Shown piece by piece: positions 47,044 to 57,400 of a DNA stretch of 64,000 nt. Both the position numbers and the translations under genes were made by a program. This DNA is from an uncultured Candidatus Saccharibacteria bacterium (GTDB lineage: Bacteria > Patescibacteriota > CAZHWT01): positions 15,935 through 79,934 of the forward strand of contig CAZKPX010000005.1 in NCBI GenBank assembly GCA_964554805.1, in the 5' to 3' direction. The notes beneath the pieces were generated by a model. The model saw only the letters and a program-made list of their open reading frames with translations. It did not search any database and had not been told where the DNA came from. Position 1 is the stretch's first letter; each line of letters begins with the position of its first letter.

Positions 47044-48465
47044 ATGAGCTTAATTTTTAAACGCACCAAAATTCTAGCCACACTTGGTCCAGCGACCAAT
47101 TCATCCGAGTCAATTGAAAAGCTGCTTGAGACTGGAACGAATGGCTTTCGTCTCAATTTTAGCCACGGCAGTTATGAAGAGCGCGACGCCCAACTAGCTT
47201 GGATTCGTCAGGCTAGTCAAAAACTCAGCAAGCCGGCTGCCATCCTTCAAGACTTGCAGGGGCCTAAGATTCGCCTAGGGGTGCTGCAGGATAATAAGCA
47301 GCAAGTTAAAACTGATGAGGTGCTGACGTTAGATTTTGCCGCTGAGCATCAAGGATTAACCCTGCCTGTTCAGTACAACCTAGCCACCAAGGTCAAAGTC
47401 GGCGAAGCATTGTACTTGTTTGACGGCAAAATAAAAACAGAAGTCATTGATATATCCTCTGATACCGCTATTAAAGTGAAAGTCAAAAATCCAGGCACTC
47501 TCATGAGCAAGAAAGGTATTAACCTACCCGACACCGACTTTAGTGGAGATATTCTCACCCCCAAAGATCTGAAAGATATTGAATACGGCGCTACCAAAGA
47601 TATTGATTATGTTGCCCTCAGTTTTGTTCAGAGTGCTCAAGACTTGCACAACTTACGATCGATTCTTCACGATTTAGGCTCGACTGCTCATATAATTTCC
47701 AAAATTGAAACCAAAGCTGCAATTCAAGATAAAACCCTCGAAGAGATCATCCTTGCTTCCGATGGAGTTATGATCGCTCGTGGCGATTTGGCTGTCGAAG
47801 CAGGTGCCGAAATCGTGCCAATTGTTCAGAGGCGTATCATTGCCTTATGTCGAAAATACGGCAAATTGAGCATCGTTGCCACCCAGATGATGGCTAGCAT
47901 GGTTGATAGCCCTGAACCAACGCGGGCTGAAGTGGGCGATGTGGCGACGGCAGTCATTCTTGGTGCAGATACAGTTATGCTCAGTGACGAAACAGCCAAC
48001 GGGTCTTACCCATTAGAAACAGTCGCTGCCATGAAAAAGGTTATTCTCTACACTCAGCAACATGCCGATGTCACGCCGGCCGAGTATATTGTCCAAAGCA
48101 AAAGCCTCAAGAGCGATGCCATTAGCAATGCCGCAGTCTCCCTAGCCAAGCAGTTAAAAACGGATGCAATCATTGCCGAGACCAAAAGCGGAGCTACAGC
48201 CGCCAATGTCTCTGCCCACCGTCCAGCCATGCCTATTATTAGTGTGACGAGTGATCCAAGGGCTGCGCAACAATTAACCTTATGGTATGGTTGCAAGAGT
48301 TTTCTTCACCCTGATACTGAAGATGCTGGTCTTGATTTAGCCAAGCAGCTCAAAGACGGCGGCTTCTTCCCTGATCAGGATAGCCTAAAAGTGGTAGTAA
48401 TCAGCGGTCAGCAACCTGGCGTACCAGGCACCACCGATACTATTAAATTTAGAATCATCGACTAA
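47044..48465 (+). CDS. pyk: pyruvate kinase
   Basis: KILATLGPAT, NFSHGS, MIARGDL and other canonical PK segments; 473 aa. Confidence 0.9.
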   Translation: MSLIFKRTKILATLGPATNSSESIEKLLETGTNGFRLNFSHGSYEERDAQLAWIRQASQKLSKPAAILQDLQGPKIRLGVLQDNKQQVKTDEVLTLDFAAEHQGLTLPVQYNLATKVKVGEALYLFDGKIKTEVIDISSDTAIKVKVKNPGTLMSKKGINLPDTDFSGDILTPKDLKDIEYGATKDIDYVALSFVQSAQDLHNLRSILHDLGSTAHIISKIETKAAIQDKTLEEIILASDGVMIARGDLAVEAGAEIVPIVQRRIIALCRKYGKLSIVATQMMASMVDSPEPTRAEVGDVATAVILGADTVMLSDETANGSYPLETVAAMKKVILYTQQHADVTPAEYIVQSKSLKSDAISNAAVSLAKQLKTDAIIAETKSGATAANVSAHRPAMPIISVTSDPRAAQQLTLWYGCKSFLHPDTEDAGLDLAKQLKDGGFFPDQDSLKVVVISGQQPGVPGTTDTIKFRIID

Positions 48466-48555
48466 GCCAATCATTCCTCAACCTCGGAGGTTCTCATCCC
48501 GGACAACCTCCGAGGTTCGGTGAGCCATAGCTCGCCATAAGCCAATAATTCTTAA

Positions 48556-49518
48556 TTGCTGTATACTAAAGCCATGCCTGAAGTTTCAGTCCCACCATTG
48601 TTTCGTTTTCATTCCGAAGATTCTCATCGCCTCTCTGGGTTAATCTGGGGCATAGTTGGAGTAGGGGTAGCCATCATTGGCGGCTGGTTAATTCTACTAG
48701 TAGCCTTCTCCGCCACTTCTTCTGCCAAGCAACCCGATCAAACCTCTCAAGTCCAAGCTATGAGGGTCTTTGGTGATTATGTTCCGCAATCGAGAGAAGT
48801 TGACTGGCCAGAATTCGAAAAGCTGTTTTCTACCTCGGCCACCTCCCTTCAGGCTCAAATTGAAAATGAAGCCAAGAAATATCCTGATCATACCTTTGGG
48901 ATTTCCGTCAGAGCTATCACCGACTCTGAGCATATTGGCTATCAAGAAGATAGTGTATTTACAGCCGCCAGCACCACCAAGCTTATCACTGCCGCTGCTG
49001 TCCTCAACCTAATTGATAATCAAAAATTAACCGCTCAGGATAAACTGGGCGATCAAACTATCGACTATCATCTGCAGCGCATGGTCAACCTCAGCGATAA
49101 CGCCTCCTGGGAACTGCTCAATAACAAGGTTGGTCTTCGGGATCTGCAGGAATATGCCACCAGTATCGGTCTGCACAAATTTACGGTTAATGGCAATACA
49201 ATTAATGCCCATAACTTAGCTATCTTCTTACAGATGCTCTACCGTTACGAGCTGCTATCTGAAAGCTCAACCAAGAAAATGTTGGGCTGGATGACTCAGA
49301 CTAATGAACAGCAAATGCTACCTCAGGTTTTTGCCGATAGCCAGTCGGTATATCACAAGTATGGATGGTTCGGCGGCGCAGCCCATGATGCCGGCATCGT
49401 TGTTTATAATGATCAGCCCTTTGTGGTAGTTATCATGTCAGAAGGCTCGGACAGTTACACTCAGCGCAAGCAGCTCATCCGTCAACTCGCCCAAGTCATC
49501 CAGCAAGCTTTGAAATAG
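48556..49518 (+). CDS. beta-lactamase-fold serine hydrolase (class A-like), membrane-anchored
   Basis: N-terminal TM helix, then SxxK (ASTTK), SDN (LSDNAS) and a K(Y)G triad element. Confidence 0.55.
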   Translation: MLYTKAMPEVSVPPLFRFHSEDSHRLSGLIWGIVGVGVAIIGGWLILLVAFSATSSAKQPDQTSQVQAMRVFGDYVPQSREVDWPEFEKLFSTSATSLQAQIENEAKKYPDHTFGISVRAITDSEHIGYQEDSVFTAASTTKLITAAAVLNLIDNQKLTAQDKLGDQTIDYHLQRMVNLSDNASWELLNNKVGLRDLQEYATSIGLHKFTVNGNTINAHNLAIFLQMLYRYELLSESSTKKMLGWMTQTNEQQMLPQVFADSQSVYHKYGWFGGAAHDAGIVVYNDQPFVVVIMSEGSDSYTQRKQLIRQLAQVIQQALK

Positions 49519-49633
49519 AAATTATCCATAGGATTCCAAACGGAACACCCCCACCAGCGAATCCCAAATTCTAAATCTCTCACTCCGCTAATCGGTTTTC
49601 AATTCAGATCCACATGCAATATACTGTAGTCAT

Positions 49634-50782
49634 ATGACCCAACTGATTACGAAACGACCTGTTGTTGTAAGCCTATCATTGCTACTTATAGTAATCTTGA
49701 TTATCGCAGGTCTAATCATCTATTTTATCGGACCGAACCGAATCGGGCAGGTTATTGGCCCGTCATCATCTGCCAATCAATCCACTGATAGCCAATTGAC
49801 AGTCACCACTCTGGCCCAGGATCTAGAGGTGCCATGGGCTATAGCGTTTCTGCCCAACCGCAACCTGTTGGTCACTGAGCGTGCCGGTCAGCTCAAGGAG
49901 CTGTCCATGGATGGTCAAACTATTCACACTATCCCCATTACCGGAGTCCAAGCCAGAGGAGAAGGCGGCCTGTTGGGTCTAGCTGTCCACCCTAGTTTCG
50001 ACAGAACTGCTTGGATATACCTCTATTACACCTATGCTCAACAAAACCAGCAAACGCTCAACCGAGTCGTCCGTTTTTCCTACAGTAACGGCCAGCTAGC
50101 TAATCAACAAACTATATTGGAAGCCATTCCCGGCGCCGCCAATCACAATGGTGGTCGCCTAGCCTTTGGTCCTGATGGTTATCTCTACATTACCACCGGC
50201 GATGCTGCCGAACCCTCATTGGCTCAAGACAAGACTTCATTAGCCGGCAAAATCCTCCGTCTAACCGATCAGGGCCAGCCCGTCTCCGGCAATCCCTTCT
50301 CTTCAGATACTGCCTTTAACTCAGCCGTCTATTCCTTTGGTCATCGTAATCCTCAGGGTTTGGCCTGGGACAATCAAGGCCAACTCTGGTCCACCGAGCA
50401 TGGCCAAAGCGCCACTGATGAGCTCAACAAAATCTCCGCCGGCGCCAACTATGGCTGGCCAATCATCAGAGGCGACCAAAGCCAGTCAAGCCTCACCTCA
50501 CCACGGCTTCACAGCGGTCAAACCACCTGGGCGCCCTCCGGCGTCGCCTTTTGGCAAAACAGTCTCTACTTCACCGGTCTCCGAGGACAATCTCTCTATC
50601 AGGTCGACCCAGCGGCAGATAATCCCAGCTTAGTCACTTACTTCAACCAACAATACGGCCGTCTGCGCGACAGCCTGGTCGGTCCTGATGGCAATCTCTA
50701 TCTGACCACCAACAACCGAGACGGCCGCGGCCTGCCCGGTGGAGGAGACGATAAAATTTTGAAAGTAGAATCCCGTCAGTAG
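49634..50782 (+). CDS. PQQ-dependent soluble sugar (glucose/sorbosone) dehydrogenase-like beta-propeller
   Basis: N-terminal TM helix, then GRLAFGPDGYLY and TDELNKISAGANYGWP motifs typical of the YliI/GSDH family. Confidence 0.65.
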   Translation: MTQLITKRPVVVSLSLLLIVILIIAGLIIYFIGPNRIGQVIGPSSSANQSTDSQLTVTTLAQDLEVPWAIAFLPNRNLLVTERAGQLKELSMDGQTIHTIPITGVQARGEGGLLGLAVHPSFDRTAWIYLYYTYAQQNQQTLNRVVRFSYSNGQLANQQTILEAIPGAANHNGGRLAFGPDGYLYITTGDAAEPSLAQDKTSLAGKILRLTDQGQPVSGNPFSSDTAFNSAVYSFGHRNPQGLAWDNQGQLWSTEHGQSATDELNKISAGANYGWPIIRGDQSQSSLTSPRLHSGQTTWAPSGVAFWQNSLYFTGLRGQSLYQVDPAADNPSLVTYFNQQYGRLRDSLVGPDGNLYLTTNNRDGRGLPGGGDDKILKVESRQ

Positions 50783-50807
50783 ACGGAGTCAGACAGATGG
50801 CGCGCTA

Positions 50808-50925
50808 AGTCAAAAATCAAAAGGCAAAAGGCAAACCTCAAAGCCAAAAGTTTACCTAGCTGGTTGCTATTTTTAATTTTTGACCTTAATTTCTGCCTTT
50901 TGACCTTTGATTTAAAGCGCTCGTC
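50808..50925. repeat. low-complexity imperfect inverted repeat (GTCAAAAATCAAAAGGCAAAAGG ... CCTTTTGACCTTTGATTT)
   Basis: Related TTTGCCTTT/GACCTTTG-rich sequence recurs at 54120-54190. Confidence 0.3.
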
Positions 50926-51042
50926 GCTAGTCGCCTGGCGCTTGCCTCCCCTTGGTGACTTGACTCGTAAGACTCAGCCGTTCATAATAAAAATCAACCG
51001 AGCATGAACTCGTTATGAAGCATTGTTATATGTTCAAATCCT

Positions 51043-53757
51043 TTGAGTTTTATGTCGTCAATACTTAAAATAGGAGCGGTTATCGTTGGATTATTAGTGC
51101 TGACGCTGATATTTTTTCAGCCATCTCGGCAGTTAGTGGCCGGATTATTTGACACCAATGATCAGCCAATCGATGACCAGGCTATATCCCAGCTCCTCCA
51201 ACAAACCCCTCTCGACGCCGCCACTTTGGTTGGTCAAAACGGTCTCTATTATCTTAACGCCGCCAACTTTATCGGCACCCTGGCCACCGACCGCTACTCA
51301 GCCTACGAAGACTTGATTGCCGAAGATAAAATTCCTGTCTGGTCCACGCTTTTAACTGATAAAGACAAAGATGAGATTCTAAAACAAGCTCAGACTGACA
51401 AGAGTAGTGGCGGGGTAGGGAATAACGTCACTCCCACCAGCAATGTCATTCTAAATTCGTTTCAGGAACTCAAAGCTCTCTCATCCGGCACCCTTTCCTT
51501 AACCATCACCAACAACACCATCACCGGCTCCGTCATTCAATCAGGCTTAAAAACTTCACTACTAGTCAACGATGCCGGTTTTCTGACCAATCTATTAAGT
51601 TTTACTACAGACAACCTCACCCAAGGCTCCACCAACAAGTATTCCCAATGGACCAACATCCTCAGCGGCATCTCCTACGGCCAATCCGTTACCATTGCCC
51701 AAAACCTGACCCTCTCCCAATTCACCGCCAACGGCGGCCTCCTCTACACCACCGCCTCCGGCCAACTATCTCAACTCCCTGTAGGAACTACTGGCCAGTG
51801 TCTTAAATCCAGTGGCACTATCCCAGCCTGGGGTACCTGCGCTGCTACCAACGCCCTGTCTGGTGCAGGCGTCGCTGGTCAAGTCGCTTTCTTTGATGGA
51901 GTGGATTCGGTAGCCTCTGATAGTGGGCTACTCTGGAATAACACCGACAAGCGCCTATCCTTTGGTTCAGGAGTAGGCTCAACCTCCAGAATCAATCTAC
52001 CCGCTGGCACCACTGCCGCAGACGGTATTAATTTTGGCGACAATCTAGCTCTCTACAGAAGCCAGGCTGGTGTCCTGAGGATTACAGGAGGCAATCTCTC
52101 GATTGGAAACATATCGGCGGACCCATTGGGTGTTATCTATACTCCAGTAGGGCTCTCAAATAGTGTATCGACCTCAAACGCTCGAGTAGCAGTTTTGGAA
52201 TTGGGCGCTCAAATCACTCGCAACATCGCAGACGCCAATCCGGCCCTTATTATCCATCAGAAAAATGCCGGTAGCACAGGAGACTTATTGCAGTTAATCA
52301 ATAGCGCTAGTACCAGACTCAGTGTCTCTCAAGCAGGCGCCTTAACCATAGCCAACTACACCACCAATGGCGGTCTCCTCTATACCAACGGCTCCGGCGC
52401 AGTCACTCAACTAGCTGCCGGCGCCACCGGCCAATGTCTAACCGCCACCACCGGCGCAGCCGCAGCCTGGAATAGCTGTACACCAGTCAACAACCTCACC
52501 GGCTCCGGCACAGCAGGCCAAGTTGCTTACTGGGATGGCATCAACTCCACTGCAGGCTCCAACACCTTCTTGTGGAACAATGCTAGCGCTCGGCTTAGTC
52601 TTGGCGCAAATCCCGCTCAAACAGGAGTTATTGCTCTAAGGAATGACTCTTCAATTAATTTCCGAAATGCTGCTAATAGCGCCGATGTTGTCGGCTTGCG
52701 CTTCGATAGCGCCAATATCTTCACTATAGCCAATGGCGCAATTAGTGCAGGCGGGGCAGGAGGAGCAACTACCTTAACGGTAGGTTCGAACAATGGCAAC
52801 GTCGGCATTGGGACTAGTCCAACTGCCGGCAAACTCGAAGTAGTCTCTACCGGCACCACCACCCACGGCACTCAGATTACCGCCAACTCCCTCACTACCG
52901 GCCGCGGTCTCAACATCTCTTCCACCTCCACCGCCCTCACCACCGGTGGTCTAGTCGGACTATCCTGGACTCCAGCCTCAGCCACTACCATGACTGGCGA
53001 TCTATTCTCAGTCAATGTCGGCCCCAACGGTACCGTCGGCAACTTACTCAACCTGATGAATGACGGGTTATCTGTCTTTAGCGTCTCCCAATCCTTGATT
53101 ACCGCCAACGTTCCCATCGCCTTCATGGCCGCCGGCGATATGTCCATTGCCTACGATCTCCAGTTCACCAACGTCGCCTCCGGTAACATCAAGTCCAACG
53201 GCCCACTCCGTCTCCAAGCCGGCGAACCATTCAATTCTTCCGACTTAACGCTTGGCACCTACGACAATGGCGTTATTATGTTTGATTCCGGCATCGTCGG
53301 CACCGCCACTGGCACCAAGCTGGGTCTAGGTATCTACAATCCAACAGCCCGCCTGTCTCTGGCCGCCGGTACCGCCGCCACCGACGGCATCGCCTTCGGC
53401 ACTGACACCAACCTTTATCGCTCCGCCGCCGACACGCTCCGCACCGACGACTTGCTGATTGTTAACAGCCTGCAGATCGGCAGTGGTGCCGCCTTAACTG
53501 CCATGTATTCAGCCACCACCACCTGGGATCCTGCCAGCATTAACAGCGCTGAAACCGACTTCGCCACCCTGACCGTCACTGGTGCTGCAGTCGGAGACCT
53601 GGTCACTGTCAGCTTTAGTCAAACCATTCCCGATGGCCTGATCCTGACTGCCCAAGTCAGCGCCACCAACACCATCCGCGTCACCCTGCTCAACAGCACC
53701 GCCTCTCCAGTCGACCTATCTTCCGGCACCATCCGCGTTCAAGTCAATAAATTCTAA
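51043..53757 (+). CDS. secreted Gly/Thr/Ser/Ala-rich repeat protein (tail-fibre-like or surface fibre)
   Basis: Signal or TM helix present. Internal repeats TANGGLLYTTASGQLSQLPVGTTGQCLKSSGTIPAWGTC and TTNGGLLYTNGSGAVTQLAAGATGQCLTATTGAAAAWNSCT; 904 aa. Confidence 0.5.
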   Translation: MSFMSSILKIGAVIVGLLVLTLIFFQPSRQLVAGLFDTNDQPIDDQAISQLLQQTPLDAATLVGQNGLYYLNAANFIGTLATDRYSAYEDLIAEDKIPVWSTLLTDKDKDEILKQAQTDKSSGGVGNNVTPTSNVILNSFQELKALSSGTLSLTITNNTITGSVIQSGLKTSLLVNDAGFLTNLLSFTTDNLTQGSTNKYSQWTNILSGISYGQSVTIAQNLTLSQFTANGGLLYTTASGQLSQLPVGTTGQCLKSSGTIPAWGTCAATNALSGAGVAGQVAFFDGVDSVASDSGLLWNNTDKRLSFGSGVGSTSRINLPAGTTAADGINFGDNLALYRSQAGVLRITGGNLSIGNISADPLGVIYTPVGLSNSVSTSNARVAVLELGAQITRNIADANPALIIHQKNAGSTGDLLQLINSASTRLSVSQAGALTIANYTTNGGLLYTNGSGAVTQLAAGATGQCLTATTGAAAAWNSCTPVNNLTGSGTAGQVAYWDGINSTAGSNTFLWNNASARLSLGANPAQTGVIALRNDSSINFRNAANSADVVGLRFDSANIFTIANGAISAGGAGGATTLTVGSNNGNVGIGTSPTAGKLEVVSTGTTTHGTQITANSLTTGRGLNISSTSTALTTGGLVGLSWTPASATTMTGDLFSVNVGPNGTVGNLLNLMNDGLSVFSVSQSLITANVPIAFMAAGDMSIAYDLQFTNVASGNIKSNGPLRLQAGEPFNSSDLTLGTYDNGVIMFDSGIVGTATGTKLGLGIYNPTARLSLAAGTAATDGIAFGTDTNLYRSAADTLRTDDLLIVNSLQIGSGAALTAMYSATTTWDPASINSAETDFATLTVTGAAVGDLVTVSFSQTIPDGLILTAQVSATNTIRVTLLNSTASPVDLSSGTIRVQVNKF

Positions 53758-53975
53758 CCCCCGCTGCCTGCGGCAGAGAAGATAGAATATTGAACAGAGA
53801 CACAGACGACAAGAATGAGTACGAGTCAACACCCTTCGGTCGTGGATATTGAGATGCAGGCGACAAGCGACAAGAACAAGCATAAAAAGTCAAAAACCCA
53901 GTCAGCTCGCCACTAGTCACCGACCAGATAATACTGATTCTAGATACTAGTCATCCCATCTTCCCCACATTGTGT

Positions 53976-54010
53976 CATTGCCATCCGCCAGCTGGCGGAG
54001 CGGCAATCCA
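53976..54010. repeat. REP-like palindrome (ATTGCCATCCGCCAG/CTGGCGGAGCGGCAAT)
   Basis: Same family as 46919 and 59036. Confidence 0.4.
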
Positions 54011-54055
54011 GGATAGACATAGCTACACTCCTGAGCCAGATGTAATCATTCCTTC

Positions 54056-54106
54056 CTAGATTGCCACGTCTCCGCCAGCTGGCGGATCCTCGCAATGACC
54101 CAATAC
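54056..54106. repeat. 51-bp direct repeat, copy 1 (CTAGATTGCCACGTCTCCGCCAGCTGGCGGATCCTCGCAATGACCCAATAC)
   Basis: Identical to 54209-54259 at a 153-nt period. It contains the TCCGCCAGCTGGCGGA palindrome. Confidence 0.6.
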
Positions 54107-54208
54107 TGGCTAACTTGGCACTACTTGTACCCTTGGACTTTGATTTTTAACTTTAATTTTTGCCCTTTGCCTTTCGACCTTTGCCTTTCCAACCCCTCAT
54201 CAAGTGAA

Positions 54209-54259
54209 CTAGATTGCCACGTCTCCGCCAGCTGGCGGATCCTCGCAATGACCCAATAC
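54209..54259. repeat. 51-bp direct repeat, copy 2
   Basis: 100% identical to 54056-54106. Confidence 0.6.
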
Positions 54260-54405
54260 CCACCAATCTCTCATGGAAAGAAAAGAGAAGCACTGCAACC
54301 CCTCCCAGAATCCACTTCTCCCTTCTCCTTCTCACCTCTCACTGTTAAAGAGCCAGCCCCACTGGCTCTTTAACAGCCAACCATAATCGCGTATACTAAT
54401 TACTA

Positions 54406-57400
54406 ATGAGACTCCCGTTCTCAGCTTTAACATTGGATAAAAAACAGGTGCCTCCCATCCTACCTGGATCAAGTGGGCGTAAGTCCCGGATTAAGTCAGG
54501 ACTCAGACGCCGCCTTCGCACATCAACTGCCATCACCATGGCAGTTATCACCATGCTCGGCCTCGGCCTACCCATCCTCGGCTTCATCACTCCCCAAACA
54601 GTCCAGGCTTCCCAAGGTTGGTGGAACGAAGACTACCGCTATCGCCAGGTTATCAATATTTCCCACGCCACCAGTCAAGACAATGTCTATCACCAGTTCC
54701 AACTCGATACGTCCGCCTCTGGTAAATTTAAAGGTGATTGCTCAGACCTCAGGTTTACCACCCAATCCGGCCAGGAAGTCCCTTACCACATCGTCTCTGG
54801 TTGCGGTACTAACAATACCCAAGTCCAACTCTTATTCTCCACCTTGCCCGCCGGCAATCAGGATCTTTACCTCTACTACGGCAACCCCCAAGCCTCCATT
54901 GTTAGCTCAGCCGATCCTTTCAACAGCCCCGCCAGCGGAGTAACAATTAACTCCACCTCCGCCGAACAACCTTCCCCGGCTCCTGTTGCTCATTGGAAAT
55001 TTGACGAGGGCTACGGCACCACCAGCAATTCCTCAACCACCCTCACTGGCAACTCTGGATCCGCCGCCACCATGAATTGGCTGGCTGAGGATAACTGCAT
55101 CTCCGGCAAATGTCTGCGCCTTGATGGTACAGCCAGCACTCAGATTACGACCGCTGATCAACCCTACTTTAGTCCGGCCAACAATGATATGACTATTTCA
55201 GTCTGGGCCAAAGTCCCTCGCCAGGCCTTAGCCCAAGCTTCCGGGGATTGCGGTGGAGATGGGGCCTATTTAATGACCAAGGGTCAAGCTTCCAAGTATG
55301 AATGGGGGCTTGAGATAGAAAATAATACCAGCGTCTGTTTTACTACCTGGAGTATTGCCGGCAACGATAGTACCTACGTTCAGGCCAATTTCCAGGCCAA
55401 TGATGACAGGTGGCACCATTATGCGGTTGTTGTTGACAGTAATTACCCCTCGCTCTACATTGATGGACGCCAGGTAGGGGTCGTCACTACCTTCGGTCAG
55501 CCAATTAGCGATGATACAGCCCCTGTCAGAATTGGTGGTCGCAACAACGAGTTTTACTTCACCGGAGACCTGGACGAACCCAAAATCTACAACTACACCC
55601 GCACCCAGCAACAAATCCAACAAGACTACATAGCCGGAGCTCAATCCCTGGCTCGCCAACAAGCCAATCTATCCAACGGCCTGATCGGTCATTGGAAAAT
55701 GGATGAAGACAGCTGGAATGGCACAAACGGCGAGGTGAAAGATGTCAGTGGCAATACCAATCATGGCACGGCCGGGGGAGCATCACCGATCACGGGTAAA
55801 TATGGTAACGCCGGACAGTTTGATGGAGTAGATGACTATGTCGAAACCACCAATACTTTAACTTCAGGCAACAGCACCACCCTATCTGCCTGGGTCTACG
55901 CTACTGCCGGCAATGCCCGGGTTATTTCCTGGGCCGACCGGTCGCTCCGCATTGGCTGTACCGATGGCCCCGGCCTAAAGCTATGCGGGATGACGGATAA
56001 TTCAGGAGATTGGCCCGACCGATCAATCGAAGGCCCAGACCTGTCACTTAATGGCTGGCATCATCTAGTCTTTACCACCCAAGACAACAAATACCTCAAG
56101 CTCTACCTCAATGGAGTTGTCGTTGCCAGCCGAACCCTAGCTGATGACAAAATGCCCGGCCCGGTAGTCGACCAAATAAACATAGGTCGCAGTCCTTATG
56201 GGTGGGAGAATCAGTTTTTTGAAGGCTACCTGGACGAAGCCCGCCTCTACAACCGCGCCCTCAATCAAACCGAAGTCTCCCAGCTCTATACCTATGCCCC
56301 AGGCCCCAGCATTCAGTTAAATTTTGAAGAAAAGACTGGATCGACGGCCTATGATACTTCCGGTAATAATAAGCATGCTCAAGTCAGTGGCAGTCGAACT
56401 GTTGGGAAATATGGCGGAGCCCTTCGTGCTCAAAATGCCACCGGCGCCTCTATCGCCACCGGTTACCACTATGGCCAGCAAAACCTGACTATGATGGCCT
56501 GGGTCAAATCCACCGATACTCAGGATGAACAATCCCGAATCATGGGCAGCAGTTATGTTGATGGGTATGTCTGGCTCAACTTCCGCAATGGCACACCAAC
56601 GCTAGAATATCGTTCAGATACCGACGGTGGCTACTGGCTAAATTCTGCTGGAATCAACATTGCCGACGGACAATGGCACCATATTGCCGCCATTGTTGAC
56701 CGCAGCAATAATCGACAGCAGCTACTTATTGATGGCATTGTCAGAGCCGATGATAACCAGCAAATTTTAGAGCATTGGAACAACTCCAGTGGCACCTACC
56801 CCTTCCGCATCGGCTACCAAAACGCCTGGCCTGAATTAGCATTAGATGGTGATATTGACGATGTTCGAGTTTACAACTACGCCCGCACCCCATCCCAAAT
56901 CCTATCCGACATGCAATCCAGCATGCCTGGTGAATTAAACCCTGTTGGGCATTGGAAGTTTGATGAAAATCAAGGCGCCGTTGCCAACGATTCGTCTGGC
57001 CTTGATCATCACGGAACGCTCGGCTGCGTTGGGGTTGGCTGCCAACTGCCTCAATGGGATTCTGATAGCAAAGACAAATCCGGCCTAATCTTCAACGGGC
57101 AATCAGCCGCCGATAACAGCATGGTTACTATCCCCGCAAGCCAACAACTCAATCCAATTAACTATTCAATCAGCGGCTGGATCAAGCCTTCTTCGACCTA
57201 TTTCGATGCCAGTGGAACAATCATTAGCAATGGGTTCTCTGGCGACTTGTTGTATAGGATAGGCCTAAACCCTGTTGAAAAACGACTATTCTTACAGTGG
57301 TATAACGGCGTGACGTCTACTGCTATCTATACCCCCAACAACACGCTCAGCTTAGATGAATGGAGCTACATTACAGTTATTAAGCAAGGGGCTACTGGCA

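Noticed and set aside
54056-54259. Possible CRISPR array (identical 51-bp repeats)
   Set aside because: Only two copies, 153 nt apart. The repeats contain the genome-wide REP-like palindrome and no cas genes are nearby. They are better explained as tandem REP-associated direct repeats.
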